A stretch of DNA of 64,000 bases from an uncultured Spirochaetota bacterium (GCA_963768055.1 CAVYGN010000001.1:1664001-1728000), one strand, 5' to 3'. Positions 30,463 to 40,796 are shown, numbered from the stretch's first letter. The notes: generated by a model from the sequence alone, not told the origin. A program made the numbers and translations.

Positions 30463-31044
30463 ATGCCTATCAACCTGCCAAACTATGCGGATGATGAAGA
30501 AGAAAGAAACCTTGAGGCAAAATATAAAGCTTTAAAAAAGATTCTACTTAAAAACTATGACCCCTCTTCGCTTGAAAAGTTGATTATGAAAAAAGTAATA
30601 CCTGTTTTTAAGGCTGTTGTCAAGGAAAATGCTTCGAAAATGGGTAAACCTGTTTTAGCTATTGCAAAGTTTAATTTCAGCACTTTTACTGTTTCAAAGG
30701 CTGTTTATGACAGGTACTACGAGATTAATGATAAATATTCTGAAAAATATTTTGCTGGTAAAGCACGTTATTTCAATGAATTTATCATTAAGAGCGGCTG
30801 TGAAAACCTGTTTAAATTAAAGGGAAAAGTCATCGGAAAGCCAATCAAAAACAAGATTCATCTCAAGCTGTGGTTTTATGATTTCATAAGCGACAGGCTA
30901 AAAGAGGTGCGTGATAAGGTTGTTTCAGGAAATATTTTTCAGACGGCCAGGATAAACGAGAAAAAAATAATGTGTAATGATTTATTAATAAATACCGGTC
31001 TTGATTGTGTTCTTGGATTAGGGAAAAAAAGAAAATTTGAGTAA
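30463..31044 (+). CDS. Hypothetical basic protein
   Basis: 193-aa ORF with an AAGGAG RBS; no motif recognised. Confidence 0.6.
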   Translation: MPINLPNYADDEEERNLEAKYKALKKILLKNYDPSSLEKLIMKKVIPVFKAVVKENASKMGKPVLAIAKFNFSTFTVSKAVYDRYYEINDKYSEKYFAGKARYFNEFIIKSGCENLFKLKGKVIGKPIKNKIHLKLWFYDFISDRLKEVRDKVVSGNIFQTARINEKKIMCNDLLINTGLDCVLGLGKKRKFE

Positions 31045-31246
31045 GAGACAATAAAAAATTTGGTTTGACACGATGTTTTGGTCATTGTATAATTGTTATT
31101 GGAATGAAGGAGTTTCAAAAGTGGCAAAATTTATGGGCCATTGGGGAAATCTCGATTAAGAAGTGAAAAAGAAATGAGTTAGAAAGACCCATGCAAATAT
31201 TTTATTCACCTTATATAATTTTGTTAATTGTTGCATAGAGGTTTAT

Positions 31247-32533
31247 ATGGATAAAAGTACGCTTATTGCTGCAATTATTGGCGCAGTTTCAACAATTATA
31301 GCCGCTTTACTACCAATTATTTTTAGTAAAAATAAAGAAAATTCCAAGCCTAAACATAATAATGTATTAAATATTAAATTTAATAAATATAAAATATTAA
31401 TTTATATATCATTTTCATTTACAGGTTTATGTGTTTTAATCATAATAATTATGGTAGTTAATTTGATGCTTCACCCTTCAAACATTATTCAAAATCATAC
31501 AAGTAGTTCAAATAGTTCAAAAACAATAAGTAGCGTATCGAAAATTTCAAATTATTTTCATATTTCCAGTAGTTCAAGCCATTCGTCGAAAGTTACAACT
31601 GGCATTCATACTTTCAGTAGTAATATTAGTTCCTTTAATGCTAATGAAACATTGTCCAATTATTCATCAAACATTACCCCTGGTTCAATCTGGACGGTAC
31701 GAACCATGCCAGTCTCTACCAACTGGCAATCGGTCATTTATGGTAATGGGATTTTTGTAGCAATTGCAGCGCGTAGTGAAGTGGTGGAAACTTCACCTGA
31801 CGGCATAATCTGGACCTCAAGAACTCTACCGGTTTCTGCTTGGTGGTCTTCAGTCACCTTTGGAAATGGGACATTTGTTGCAGTGGCTTTTAATACAAAT
31901 TTGGCAATAACATCAACTGATGGGATACACTGGAAAGCTGCAACTCTCCTAAAATCTTTACCTTATTCTGCAGTCACTTATTGGTATTCAGTCACCTATG
32001 GGAAAGGCGTTTTTGTCACTGTTGCCTATCCTGGTACAGCGGCGATATCACCCGACGGTATAAACTGGACTACAAGTGCTCTACCAGGTGGTTCCTGGCT
32101 TTCAGTTACCTATGGGAATGGCTTTTTTGTTGCTGTTGCCTATCCTGGTACAGCGGCGACATCACCCGACGGCACAACATGGACCACAAGAACTCTGCCA
32201 GTCACCGCTCAGTGGTCTTCAGTTACATATGGGAACGGTGTTTTTCTCATGGTTGCCGATAGCACAGTGTTAGCGACTTCATCCGACAACGGTATAACTT
32301 GGATAGAACGAACATTGGGAGATAGAGGCTGGAAGTCAGTGACTTACGGGAAAGGCGTTTTTGTCGCTGTTGCCTACAATGGTTTAATAGCAACATCACC
32401 CGATGGGATAAACTGGATGCCCCGGAATATTCCATCTCATGGCGGTATATGGGGAACTTGGTGGTCAGTGACTTATGGGAATGGTATTTTTGTCGCTGTT
32501 GCCTACAATGGTTTAGTAGCAACATCACCTTAA
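31247..32533 (+). CDS. Membrane-anchored beta-propeller (BNR/WD40-like repeat) protein
   Basis: Two TM segments, a Ser-rich linker and seven W-x-SV-(T/I)-(Y/F)-G-(N/K)-G-x-F repeats. Confidence 0.8.
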   Translation: MDKSTLIAAIIGAVSTIIAALLPIIFSKNKENSKPKHNNVLNIKFNKYKILIYISFSFTGLCVLIIIIMVVNLMLHPSNIIQNHTSSSNSSKTISSVSKISNYFHISSSSSHSSKVTTGIHTFSSNISSFNANETLSNYSSNITPGSIWTVRTMPVSTNWQSVIYGNGIFVAIAARSEVVETSPDGIIWTSRTLPVSAWWSSVTFGNGTFVAVAFNTNLAITSTDGIHWKAATLLKSLPYSAVTYWYSVTYGKGVFVTVAYPGTAAISPDGINWTTSALPGGSWLSVTYGNGFFVAVAYPGTAATSPDGTTWTTRTLPVTAQWSSVTYGNGVFLMVADSTVLATSSDNGITWIERTLGDRGWKSVTYGKGVFVAVAYNGLIATSPDGINWMPRNIPSHGGIWGTWWSVTYGNGIFVAVAYNGLVATSP

Positions 32534-33034
32534 ATCTAGAAAAATTAAAAGATATCAATCTGCACTATTTATCATGGCGTATTTCATTTGTTACTAGAGT
32601 TCTAATAAGACCCTTATTATTGAACCCCTATAAACCCCTTATTTTTTCATTACATCACGCATTAGTAATTCCCAATAATGTCTAATCAAGTTATTAAATA
32701 AAGATCTTTGGCTATTACTGGGAAATATGGTCGAAACATGCTGGTAATCTGGATGAATGAAACGTTATCAACTGTCTATGGATAATAAAATTGGTGAATT
32801 AACCACAAAGAGAGGCAAAAGCAGGTTCGTGATAATATAGAAGGTGATACATTCCTAACTACCATGCAGTGAAGATTGGAAAAGGTCGGAGTGCCTTTTC
32901 AATTTCTTGATTCCAACATTTTTATTCTTATTTAAATGTAATTTTATCTAAAAGTTGTTGTCAGTTTCCATCTTTACATCAACATTCAGATAATATAATC
33001 CCTTTTATTTATATGAAAATTGTTTCCATATTTT

Positions 33035-33874
33035 TTATTTATTGACATCCGGGCCCGGTCCTCCGGATTCCGTTTCATAATGCCCTGACGGCATTATAAT
33101 AATATTAGTACCGTTAATCTTATCATTGAACAGGACCCTGCCTTTCAAAACATCAATTCGAAAGATTCCTTTTATATAGCTTACTCTGAAATCGGTTCCT
33201 AATACTTCAGCTATTCCGGCGTTGTTCCCAATTCTGAAATATTCCCCTGAGACAAGTTTTCTTACTCTGCATTCAAGGCTTCCGGCCTCAAGCTTTATAT
33301 TCGCTGTCATTTTTCCGTTAGACTGGACTGAAACAGCCTCGATCACCGCGTCTTTGCCAAGATAAAGGCAGGTATCATGGTCCAGGTGTATAATCGGGTT
33401 ATTTTCCCCGCTATATATCGAGTTTATCCTTACCGTATTCCGGCCTTTATCCGGTAAAAAGAGACCGGCTCTCAATACAACCGCCATTATTACAATAATG
33501 ACGGAGACCGCTCCGGCCGAGTATGCGGCCCTGTAAAACCCGGGGTTCTGCCTCCATCTCGGGAGGGCTATTTTTTTCCTGGCATATGAAGCAAGAAATA
33601 CCCGCAGAGGCACCCCTTTTTTATAGTCCAGGAGAATTTTTTCCAGGTCTTCGAAAACTTCGCGGGCGACCTTCTCATCCTCAGGGCTGGGCATGCAGAA
33701 GATGTGGACAGCTTTTCTGATCTCTTCGAAATATCTCCTGAAAATCTCATTCTTCGCCGAATGGAATTCGGCGCTTTTCATTGAATAAGACTTTACCATG
33801 CTGACAAGATCCATATCATCGAATGACCTGTAATCAGTCATACCGGCCTCATCTGAACGGGCATAGGGTTTCAT
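33035..33874 (-). CDS. ECF sigma region-2-like domain, TM helix and FecR-domain fusion protein
   Basis: N-terminus DDMDLV...EIFRRY...EDEKVAREVF...LRVFLASYARK; TM helix; FecR motifs LEAGSL, AEVLGTDFRV and VLKGRV. Confidence 0.65.
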   Translation of the reverse strand: MKPYARSDEAGMTDYRSFDDMDLVSMVKSYSMKSAEFHSAKNEIFRRYFEEIRKAVHIFCMPSPEDEKVAREVFEDLEKILLDYKKGVPLRVFLASYARKKIALPRWRQNPGFYRAAYSAGAVSVIIVIMAVVLRAGLFLPDKGRNTVRINSIYSGENNPIIHLDHDTCLYLGKDAVIEAVSVQSNGKMTANIKLEAGSLECRVRKLVSGEYFRIGNNAGIAEVLGTDFRVSYIKGIFRIDVLKGRVLFNDKINGTNIIIMPSGHYETESGGPGPDVNK

Positions 33875-33977
33875 TATAATCTACAAAACGGATGTTGTCA
33901 ACATCTGATTGGTATATTATTGTCATTTTATTGCATTTTGCATACAATTATGAGAAGATTGCCATTTCGAGGAACGA

Positions 33978-35264
33978 TTATCTCTCCAGCCTCGCGCTGA
34001 CCGACTTCGCATGGGCGTCCAGTTCCTCGAACCGCGCCATTGCGGCGATTTCAGGACCATTCTTCATAATATATTCGCGGGAAAGGGATAAAAAACTCGT
34101 CCTTTTGACAAAGTCGTATACGCCCAGGGGGGATGAGAAAACCGCGGTCCCGTTGGTAGGGATCACATGGTTCGGGCCGGCGTAATAATCCCCGGAAACT
34201 ACCGGGGTCCAGCCGCCGATGAATATCGCACCGGCGTTTCGGATATTTGAAATGATTTCGTTTTCGCTCATATTTATTACGACTTCCACATGTTCGGGCG
34301 CTATGCGGTTTATGATATCGAAGCCTTCTTCAAAATTTTTTACAATCACGGCAAAGGCGTTTTCACCGAGCGATTTTTCTATCAAACTTTTTCTCTTCAT
34401 CGACGGCAAAATTCCCGCCAGGGCCTTTTCAGTTTCTTCGATCACTTTTTCCGAATCCGAAATGAGGACCACCGTGTTGTCTCCTGTATGCTCGGCTTGA
34501 GCGCACAGGTCTGCGGCTATCCACTCAGGGTCGGCCGTTTCGTCCGCAAAGACTACTACTTCGCTCGGCCCTGCTATTGAATCGATGCCTACATGGCCCA
34601 TGACAAGGAGCTTGGCGGCAGCTACATAGATATTTCCCGGCCCCATGATCTTCGACACGGCCGGAACGGTTTGGGTTCCATATGCAAAGGCCGCTATAGC
34701 CTGCGCACCCCCTACCTTAAAAATACCGGTAACCCCCAGTTCGGCCGCAAGGGCGACGGCAAGGGGGTTTTTTATGCGTCCGTCTCTTCCCGGAGGCGTT
34801 GAAATATAGATCTCAGGGACGCCGGCAATCCTGGCCGGAATCACGTTCATAAGCACCGTCGAGGGGTAGAAAGCGCTTCCGCCGGGGACATAAAGGCCGG
34901 CCCTATCAAGGGGATTGATCTTCTGGCCGTAAAGGGAACCGTTTTTTCTGTAGGAATATCCCGTTTCCCTCTGCCTTTCATGGTATTCCCGGATATTAGC
35001 GGCGGCATTCATAAAATAGCCGAAAACATCGTTATACTTCTCCCTTGTTTCTTTCTTTGCAAGTTCAACTTCTTCGCCGGTTACGGCTATGGAATACCCT
35101 CTCCTTTCCACCCCGTCGAATTTAACCGCATATTCGACGAGGGCCCTGTCGCCGGATTCCCTGACTTTCTCGATTATCCCGGATGCCGTATCGAAATATT
35201 TCTGCTCGATTTCGTTCATGCTTCTTTTATAATTTTTTAAATCGTTGTAAGAAAGCCTTTTCAT
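33978..35264 (-). CDS. hisD: Histidinol dehydrogenase
   Basis: GLYVPGG, GGAQAIAA, GPGNIYV, IDSIAGPSE, QAEH, APEH and GPNHVIPT motifs. Confidence 0.98.
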   Translation of the reverse strand: MKRLSYNDLKNYKRSMNEIEQKYFDTASGIIEKVRESGDRALVEYAVKFDGVERRGYSIAVTGEEVELAKKETREKYNDVFGYFMNAAANIREYHERQRETGYSYRKNGSLYGQKINPLDRAGLYVPGGSAFYPSTVLMNVIPARIAGVPEIYISTPPGRDGRIKNPLAVALAAELGVTGIFKVGGAQAIAAFAYGTQTVPAVSKIMGPGNIYVAAAKLLVMGHVGIDSIAGPSEVVVFADETADPEWIAADLCAQAEHTGDNTVVLISDSEKVIEETEKALAGILPSMKRKSLIEKSLGENAFAVIVKNFEEGFDIINRIAPEHVEVVINMSENEIISNIRNAGAIFIGGWTPVVSGDYYAGPNHVIPTNGTAVFSSPLGVYDFVKRTSFLSLSREYIMKNGPEIAAMARFEELDAHAKSVSARLER

Positions 35265-35353
35265 ATCATTCCCCTGAATACAGCGTCATACCTGTTTATT
35301 TTAAGGCAATATCGGTCATTAGTCAAAGCACACTCACAATAGGACACATATTA

Positions 35354-35382
35354 TTGACAACTTACATGCCAATATATATAAT
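35354..35382 (+). promoter_or_regulatory. Consensus sigma70 promoter of the CBM cluster
   Basis: TTGACA, 17 bp, TATAAT. Confidence 0.75.
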
Positions 35383-35409
35383 TTTTCATATTCATAGAGG
35401 GGGATGCAT

Positions 35410-36465
35410 ATGAAAAATCTTCGCATTTCTTTTATCGCTTTTTTTCTGATTATCATTTCAGGCAATGGTTTCTGTGAAGACAAACCCCGGATTGTAGTTT
35501 TCGATATGGATTCAAAATCAAAAGAGATATCCCGCGATGAAGTTTTAACGTTAAGCGATTATATACGGTCATCTTTTATCAATACAGGAGTGTTCGAGGT
35601 TATTTCAAGGGAGCAGCTGAACAAGATAATGGAAGAGTATAAGTTCCAGACCGCCGGGCTGACCGAAGAATCGAATGTCGTCCGCCTGGGAAAAATCCTC
35701 AATGTCAATAACGCGGTTATGGGCACTATAGGCAAATTCGGGGATACTTATATTATAAACATCAAGATGCTTAATATGGAATCGGGAAAATACCTTTCCG
35801 CCGTATCGATCAAGGCTGAAAATAAAAACGAGTGCCTGACAAGCATAGAAGAAAAGGTAAACATGATAGCTCAGAACATGCAGAATAATAACGGCGACAC
35901 CACCGGTCAGGAAAATAACAGTAAAAAACCCTTTGAAGAAAAATTAAAATCGAAGCAAAACAGGCTTTTAACTCTTTGTCCGGACGGTAATTTTGAATCA
36001 GGAAAAATTCTTGTAATCGACGGGTATTCTTCGTATAGATCCGACCTTGAAAGAAAATGGCATCTGAATATGTTCACGTTATCCAGCCGTCATGCCGTGG
36101 ATGGCCATGCGGCTGTTGAAAACGGCGAATGCCATGTAAAATTAAATACAAAAGGTGAAGAAAACTGGTATGCTCAGTTATGTATGCTCCCGATTAAAAT
36201 TGAAAATGGTAAGAATTACCGGGTAACATTCGCCGCCAGGTCGTCATCAGTACACAACATTGGCACCAGTATAAGTAAAGTCGGGAGTAATTGGACTGCG
36301 TACGGCGGTAATAATTATAATATTGGCACTGATATGAAAACTTATTCATATAAATTCAAGATGACATATCCGACCGATGAAAGAGCAAGACTTAACTTCG
36401 ATCTGGCCAATTCCGCCGGGGATATCTGGATTTCCAATGTAAGAGTAGAAGAGGTTTCTGATTAA
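35410..36465 (+). CDS. Secreted CsgG/TolB-N-like plus CBM4/9-like domain protein
   Basis: Signal peptide; FEVISREQLNKIMEE...LGKILNV; C-terminal DGNFE...YRVTFAARS...IWISNV. Confidence 0.75.
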   Translation: MKNLRISFIAFFLIIISGNGFCEDKPRIVVFDMDSKSKEISRDEVLTLSDYIRSSFINTGVFEVISREQLNKIMEEYKFQTAGLTEESNVVRLGKILNVNNAVMGTIGKFGDTYIINIKMLNMESGKYLSAVSIKAENKNECLTSIEEKVNMIAQNMQNNNGDTTGQENNSKKPFEEKLKSKQNRLLTLCPDGNFESGKILVIDGYSSYRSDLERKWHLNMFTLSSRHAVDGHAAVENGECHVKLNTKGEENWYAQLCMLPIKIENGKNYRVTFAARSSSVHNIGTSISKVGSNWTAYGGNNYNIGTDMKTYSYKFKMTYPTDERARLNFDLANSAGDIWISNVRVEEVSD

Positions 36466-36522
36466 TCCTGTTTCTTTAGAAAAAGTTTATGCAGTTAATT
36501 TCACAGTTTCGGGTGGTTGATT

Positions 36523-37101
36523 ATGGCTGTAAAAAGGATACCGGCTGTCGTATTTATCTTATTCTTTTTTTTCTTACCGGGCATGGCTGCCCAGTCGGAA
36601 GCGACGGTTCAAAACTTACCGTTAAATCTCTGTCCAGACGGCGATTTCGAATCGGGGATAATAAGGATTATCGACGTTAGCGAGGGGGCGTTTGCCATCC
36701 CAAAAGGAAAATGGCATTTGAGCAGGCAGCACAGAGGCAGCGGGTGGGCGGTGGTTGAAAACAGGCAAGCTCATATCAAAACGTTTATTAAAGGTGTAGA
36801 GAATTGGGATGTCGAATTATGCATTTACCCGATTGAAATTGAATACGGGAAGAGTTACAGGCTTACATTTAACGCCAGGTCGTCTTCGGAGAAAATTATC
36901 TATGCCGATTTTGTAAAAATCGTTACATGGAACGTATATAGCGGTTATAGTTTTAATATCGATACCGATATGAAAACGTATTCATATGAATTCATGATGA
37001 AAAATCAAACCGATACCCTAACGAGATTAAGTTTCGAACTGTCCAGTTCCACCGATGACGTTTGGATTTCAAATGTAAGAGTAGAAAAGATTTCCGATTA
37101 A
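36523..37101 (+). CDS. Secreted CBM4/9-like domain protein
   Basis: Signal peptide; CPDGDFE...YRLTFNARS...VWISNV; paralogous to both neighbours. Confidence 0.75.
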   Translation: MAVKRIPAVVFILFFFFLPGMAAQSEATVQNLPLNLCPDGDFESGIIRIIDVSEGAFAIPKGKWHLSRQHRGSGWAVVENRQAHIKTFIKGVENWDVELCIYPIEIEYGKSYRLTFNARSSSEKIIYADFVKIVTWNVYSGYSFNIDTDMKTYSYEFMMKNQTDTLTRLSFELSSSTDDVWISNVRVEKISD

Positions 37102-37153
37102 GGCCTTTTTCTAAGTTTTCCGGCAGTAAATTTCTTAATTTCGGGAGGTTGTT

Positions 37154-38653
37154 ATGGCTGTAAAAAGGACACTTGCTTCTCTATTTATTTTATTCGTTTT
37201 TTCCTTGCCGGGCATGACCGCCCAGCTTGAAATGAAATCGGCTACTGTCGCCGGGTTCATTAATAAGGGGAAATCGAACCAGGATAATATTAACATCCTT
37301 ATGACAAAATCCCTTTCAACCTTTCTTTCAAAAATATCGAAAAATATCACTCCGTATAAAGACGTCGAAGAGATAGCGCAGGGGACTAATTTCTGGAGCC
37401 TCAAGGTGCTTGACAGCGACAAGGCGATAAATATAGCGCAGCATTTTTCGATGGAGCAGGTGATTACAGGCGATTATGCCGTCAACGATAAAACCGGCAC
37501 GATAGTAATAAATGTATTTGTTTATAATGTCGTCAACGGGCAATTGCTTTTTCAGAGGAATTACAAAGGCAACGCCGGGCCCGAGATTTTCGATACTATC
37601 GATAAAATGATACTTGACGTATCCGGGCTTTTAGTCGGGAAGCCGATTGAACTGGGATATGTCAATATCACCGTCAGGACGGGTAAAACAAATTATAAAT
37701 TGTTCGTAAACGACGCCTTTGTCAAAGTTATCGGCAGTAATAACGGATATTTCGATAACTTCATATCGGGACAATCTATCGACATAGTATTAAAAAGCGG
37801 GAAAGCCGACAGCGAGGTGCTCAGGAGAAGGCTGGATATTCAAAGCGGCAAAACCAACGAAGTGGAGTACAACCCCGCCGGAGTTCTGATTCTTGAAACC
37901 CTTGAAAGCGGCGTAGAGGTCAGCATTAACGGGACCTTTATCGGCAAGACCGACGAATCGGGTGAATTGAAGGTTCCTGATGTTGAATCCGGTAAGAAGA
38001 ACATAATATCGGTGAAGTACGGAAACGGTACGGCATCCACCACCAATGTAGTTATCAATGAGGCTGAATTGAAAGTGGTTGTATTTAAGAACATGGGTCA
38101 GAATAAACCGTCCGGAACGGTTGATAATAATGAAAATAAAACCTCTTCTCAAATCGTTCTTTCTAATATCTGCCCCGACGGAAATTTCGAATCGAAGGAA
38201 ATAATTACAACCGAGGGTTATCCTTCTTACATTTCCAGTCTTGCAGGCAAATGGCAATTGATCAGGAATGAACCCACCACCGCGGACGGCCAGGCGGCGA
38301 TCGAGAACGGGGAATGCCACGTCAAAATAAATGCTAAAGGCATATATAATTGGAATATTCAGCTATGCATGATGCCGTTTAAATTAGAAAACGGAAATAA
38401 TTACGAGGTTACTTTCGACGCCAGATCGTCATCTCCGAAGAATATTAATGTTAATTTTCAGAAAATCGGGGGCGATTGGCCTATTTACAGCAGGGCTAGT
38501 TTCGATATTGAAACTGAAATGAAAACTTATTCCTTTAAGTTCTATAAGAGAAGACCGACAGATAGTTATACCAGATTGCAATTCAATTTATCAGGCTCCA
38601 CCGGCGACGTCTGGATTTCCAATGTCCGCGTTACGGAAGAGGAGGGGGATTAA
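37154..38653 (+). CDS. Secreted multidomain protein (TolB-N-like, PEGA-like, CBM4/9-like)
   Basis: Signal peptide; VEVSINGTFIGKT PEGA-like segment; C-terminal CBM paralogue. Confidence 0.7.
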   Translation: MAVKRTLASLFILFVFSLPGMTAQLEMKSATVAGFINKGKSNQDNINILMTKSLSTFLSKISKNITPYKDVEEIAQGTNFWSLKVLDSDKAINIAQHFSMEQVITGDYAVNDKTGTIVINVFVYNVVNGQLLFQRNYKGNAGPEIFDTIDKMILDVSGLLVGKPIELGYVNITVRTGKTNYKLFVNDAFVKVIGSNNGYFDNFISGQSIDIVLKSGKADSEVLRRRLDIQSGKTNEVEYNPAGVLILETLESGVEVSINGTFIGKTDESGELKVPDVESGKKNIISVKYGNGTASTTNVVINEAELKVVVFKNMGQNKPSGTVDNNENKTSSQIVLSNICPDGNFESKEIITTEGYPSYISSLAGKWQLIRNEPTTADGQAAIENGECHVKINAKGIYNWNIQLCMMPFKLENGNNYEVTFDARSSSPKNINVNFQKIGGDWPIYSRASFDIETEMKTYSFKFYKRRPTDSYTRLQFNLSGSTGDVWISNVRVTEEEGD

Positions 38654-38678
38654 CCCCTTACAGGATAAATCCTTATTA

Positions 38679-38707
38679 TTGACAACCTTGACGCAGATAT
38701 ATATAAT
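38679..38707 (+). promoter_or_regulatory. Consensus sigma70 promoter
   Basis: TTGACA, 17 bp, TATAAT, with flanks nearly identical to 35354-35382. Confidence 0.75.
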
Positions 38708-38761
38708 TTTTCATTCGATCCGGCCGGACCTGGAAGTTAAAAAATCATATAAAGAGGCTCT

Positions 38762-39271
38762 ATGAAAATTTACTCTTTGCCTGTTTTTTCGGTTCTCATT
38801 TTAACCCTTTTCCTGGGCTGCGGCCAGGACCAGAATAAAAATTTTACCGGCGGAACAATAAAAGCCCCCATGATCGAAGGAAAAGACATAAACGGTAAGG
38901 GGGATATTTCCCTCAAGCAATTTGCTGGCAAAGCGGTCCTTGTAAATTTCTGGGCTACATGGTGTCCTCCCTGCCGTCAGGAGATCCCCGATCTGATAAA
39001 ACTGCAGGATGCTTACAAGGGAAAATTGATTGTGATCGGAATGTCGGTAGATCGGAACGGCCCTGATGAAGTCCGTGAATATTCCCAAAAAAACAAAATC
39101 AATTATCCTGTTATAATGACCGACAACGCTATTATACATAATTATGGCGGAATTGCCGCGATACCTACTACTTTTCTGATAGACGCCGGCGGCAATATTG
39201 CAAAGAAATTCATCGGTTCTTTGTCTTATGACCAGTATGAGGCCGAGATCAAGCCTTTTCTGTCTAAATGA
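38762..39271 (+). CDS. TlpA/ResA-family thiol-disulfide oxidoreductase lipoprotein
   Basis: FLGC lipobox; NFWATWCPPC; AIPTTFLID. Confidence 0.93.
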   Translation: MKIYSLPVFSVLILTLFLGCGQDQNKNFTGGTIKAPMIEGKDINGKGDISLKQFAGKAVLVNFWATWCPPCRQEIPDLIKLQDAYKGKLIVIGMSVDRNGPDEVREYSQKNKINYPVIMTDNAIIHNYGGIAAIPTTFLIDAGGNIAKKFIGSLSYDQYEAEIKPFLSK

Positions 39272-39284
39272 ACCCGGAGGCTAT

Positions 39285-40040
39285 ATGCCTGACAATTCTT
39301 CGCGTTTCTCTAACAGGGCTTTAGATTACGCCTCGGCAAGGCCGGGCTATCCTCCCGTTCTTCTCGATCTCCTGAAAAGTGAAACATCTTTCTCAAAGGG
39401 ATCAATGATAGCCGACATCGGGTCGGGTACGGGGATTTCAGCTCAATTATTTTTAAAGAACGGAAATATTGTTTTCTGCGTGGAACCGAATAAGGATATG
39501 AGGGCCGCCGCCGAATCCACGCTGAAAAATTTCCCCAATTTCAGAAGTTCCGGGGGAAGTGCGGAGAATACCGGCCTTGACGGCGGTTCCATCGATTTAA
39601 TAATAGCGGCCCAGGCTTTTCACTGGTTCGATAGGGATAAGGCGAAAGCCGAATTCAAGAGAATATTGAAACCAGGCGGATTTACAGCCCTGGTCTGGAA
39701 TGAAAGGAAAAGGACCGGCCGCCCATTTTTCAAGGAGTATGAAAACCTTATTTTGAAATACGCCCGCGATTACAAAGGGGTAAGGCATTGGGACATCGAA
39801 GACAGCGTTTTTGATGATTTCTTCGGGGAAGGTTACCATTTCATTTGTCTTAAAAACAGTCAGTTCCTGGACCTGGAAGGCTTAAAAAAAAGGGCCATGT
39901 CTACATCCTACCTGCCCGCTGCAGGGGAAAAGGGAAATCCTGAAATGATCATGGAAATAGAATCATTATTCAGGCGTTACCAGGAGGAAGGACGGGTGTA
40001 CTTCGAATACGATACTAAGGTCTATTTAGGCAGAATTTAG
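39285..40040 (+). CDS. Class I SAM-dependent methyltransferase
   Basis: ARPGYP, ADIGSGTG and AAQAFHWFD motifs. Confidence 0.9.
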   Translation: MPDNSSRFSNRALDYASARPGYPPVLLDLLKSETSFSKGSMIADIGSGTGISAQLFLKNGNIVFCVEPNKDMRAAAESTLKNFPNFRSSGGSAENTGLDGGSIDLIIAAQAFHWFDRDKAKAEFKRILKPGGFTALVWNERKRTGRPFFKEYENLILKYARDYKGVRHWDIEDSVFDDFFGEGYHFICLKNSQFLDLEGLKKRAMSTSYLPAAGEKGNPEMIMEIESLFRRYQEEGRVYFEYDTKVYLGRI

Positions 40041-40727
40041 ATGGGTATGAGAAAATTCAAAGGGGCCGTTTTCGATTTCAACGGGACCCTCATTGACGAC
40101 TCCGAATTCCATAACAGCGCCTGGAACTCTATTTCGATGGAACTTCGCGGGAGGCCATTTACTGAAGAAGAACTGCGGTTCAAAATTTACGGATTGAATA
40201 ATTCCTCGATTGTAGAATACCTGGCAGGGGGTTTGTCAGGCGATAAAACAATGGCGGATCTGGCGGTAAAAAAAGAGAAAATCTACAGGGATATGTGCCT
40301 GGCAAATCCGGATAAATTCAAGCTTGTCCCTGGAGCGGAGGACTTTCTGGATTACATGAAATTTCATGAAATTCCAAGGGCCATTGCGACCGCCTCAGGT
40401 CTTGACAACGTTGAGTTTTATATCGAACGACTGGATTTATACAGGTGGTTTACATTCGATAAGATCGTATACGACAACTCTTCCTTCCCGGGTAAACCGG
40501 CCCCTGCTTTCTACCTTATAGCGGCTGAAAGGCTCGGATTAGCCCCTGAGGACTGCATTGTTTTTGAAGATTCCGCTGCAGGCCTCAAGTCGGCAAATAA
40601 CGCAGGAATAGGTAAGATCATCGCGTTAAATAATGACAATGGAACCGGCTTTAAAAATTATTCCTTTAGAATAGACATGACTATCAGGGATTTTACGGAG
40701 ATAGATGCCGAAAGTCTGTTTAACTGA
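40041..40727 (+). CDS. HAD-family hydrolase (beta-PGM-like)
   Basis: FDFNGTLID, ATAS, GKPAP and VFEDS motifs. Confidence 0.9.
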   Translation: MGMRKFKGAVFDFNGTLIDDSEFHNSAWNSISMELRGRPFTEEELRFKIYGLNNSSIVEYLAGGLSGDKTMADLAVKKEKIYRDMCLANPDKFKLVPGAEDFLDYMKFHEIPRAIATASGLDNVEFYIERLDLYRWFTFDKIVYDNSSFPGKPAPAFYLIAAERLGLAPEDCIVFEDSAAGLKSANNAGIGKIIALNNDNGTGFKNYSFRIDMTIRDFTEIDAESLFN

Positions 40728-40767
40728 TCGTAACCCCTAATTGCGCAGATCATAAGTTTGGTAATAC

Positions 40768-40796
40768 TTGACAATATCTGGCAATTTTTTTAAGAT
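40768..40796 (+). promoter_or_regulatory. Sigma70 promoter of the asd leader
   Basis: TTGACA, 17 bp, TAAGAT. Confidence 0.65.

Larger units (their letters stand above)
14640..33030. other. AT-rich accessory region (boundaries approximate)
   Basis: Visible compositional shift between icd and the FecR/hisD side. Contains an IS, pseudogenes, defence-like genes and the RiPP cluster. No integrase or tRNA was seen. Confidence 0.7.

Noticed and set aside
29639..32530. CRISPR array
   Set aside because: The repeats are in-frame coding repeats without unique spacers, and no cas genes are present.
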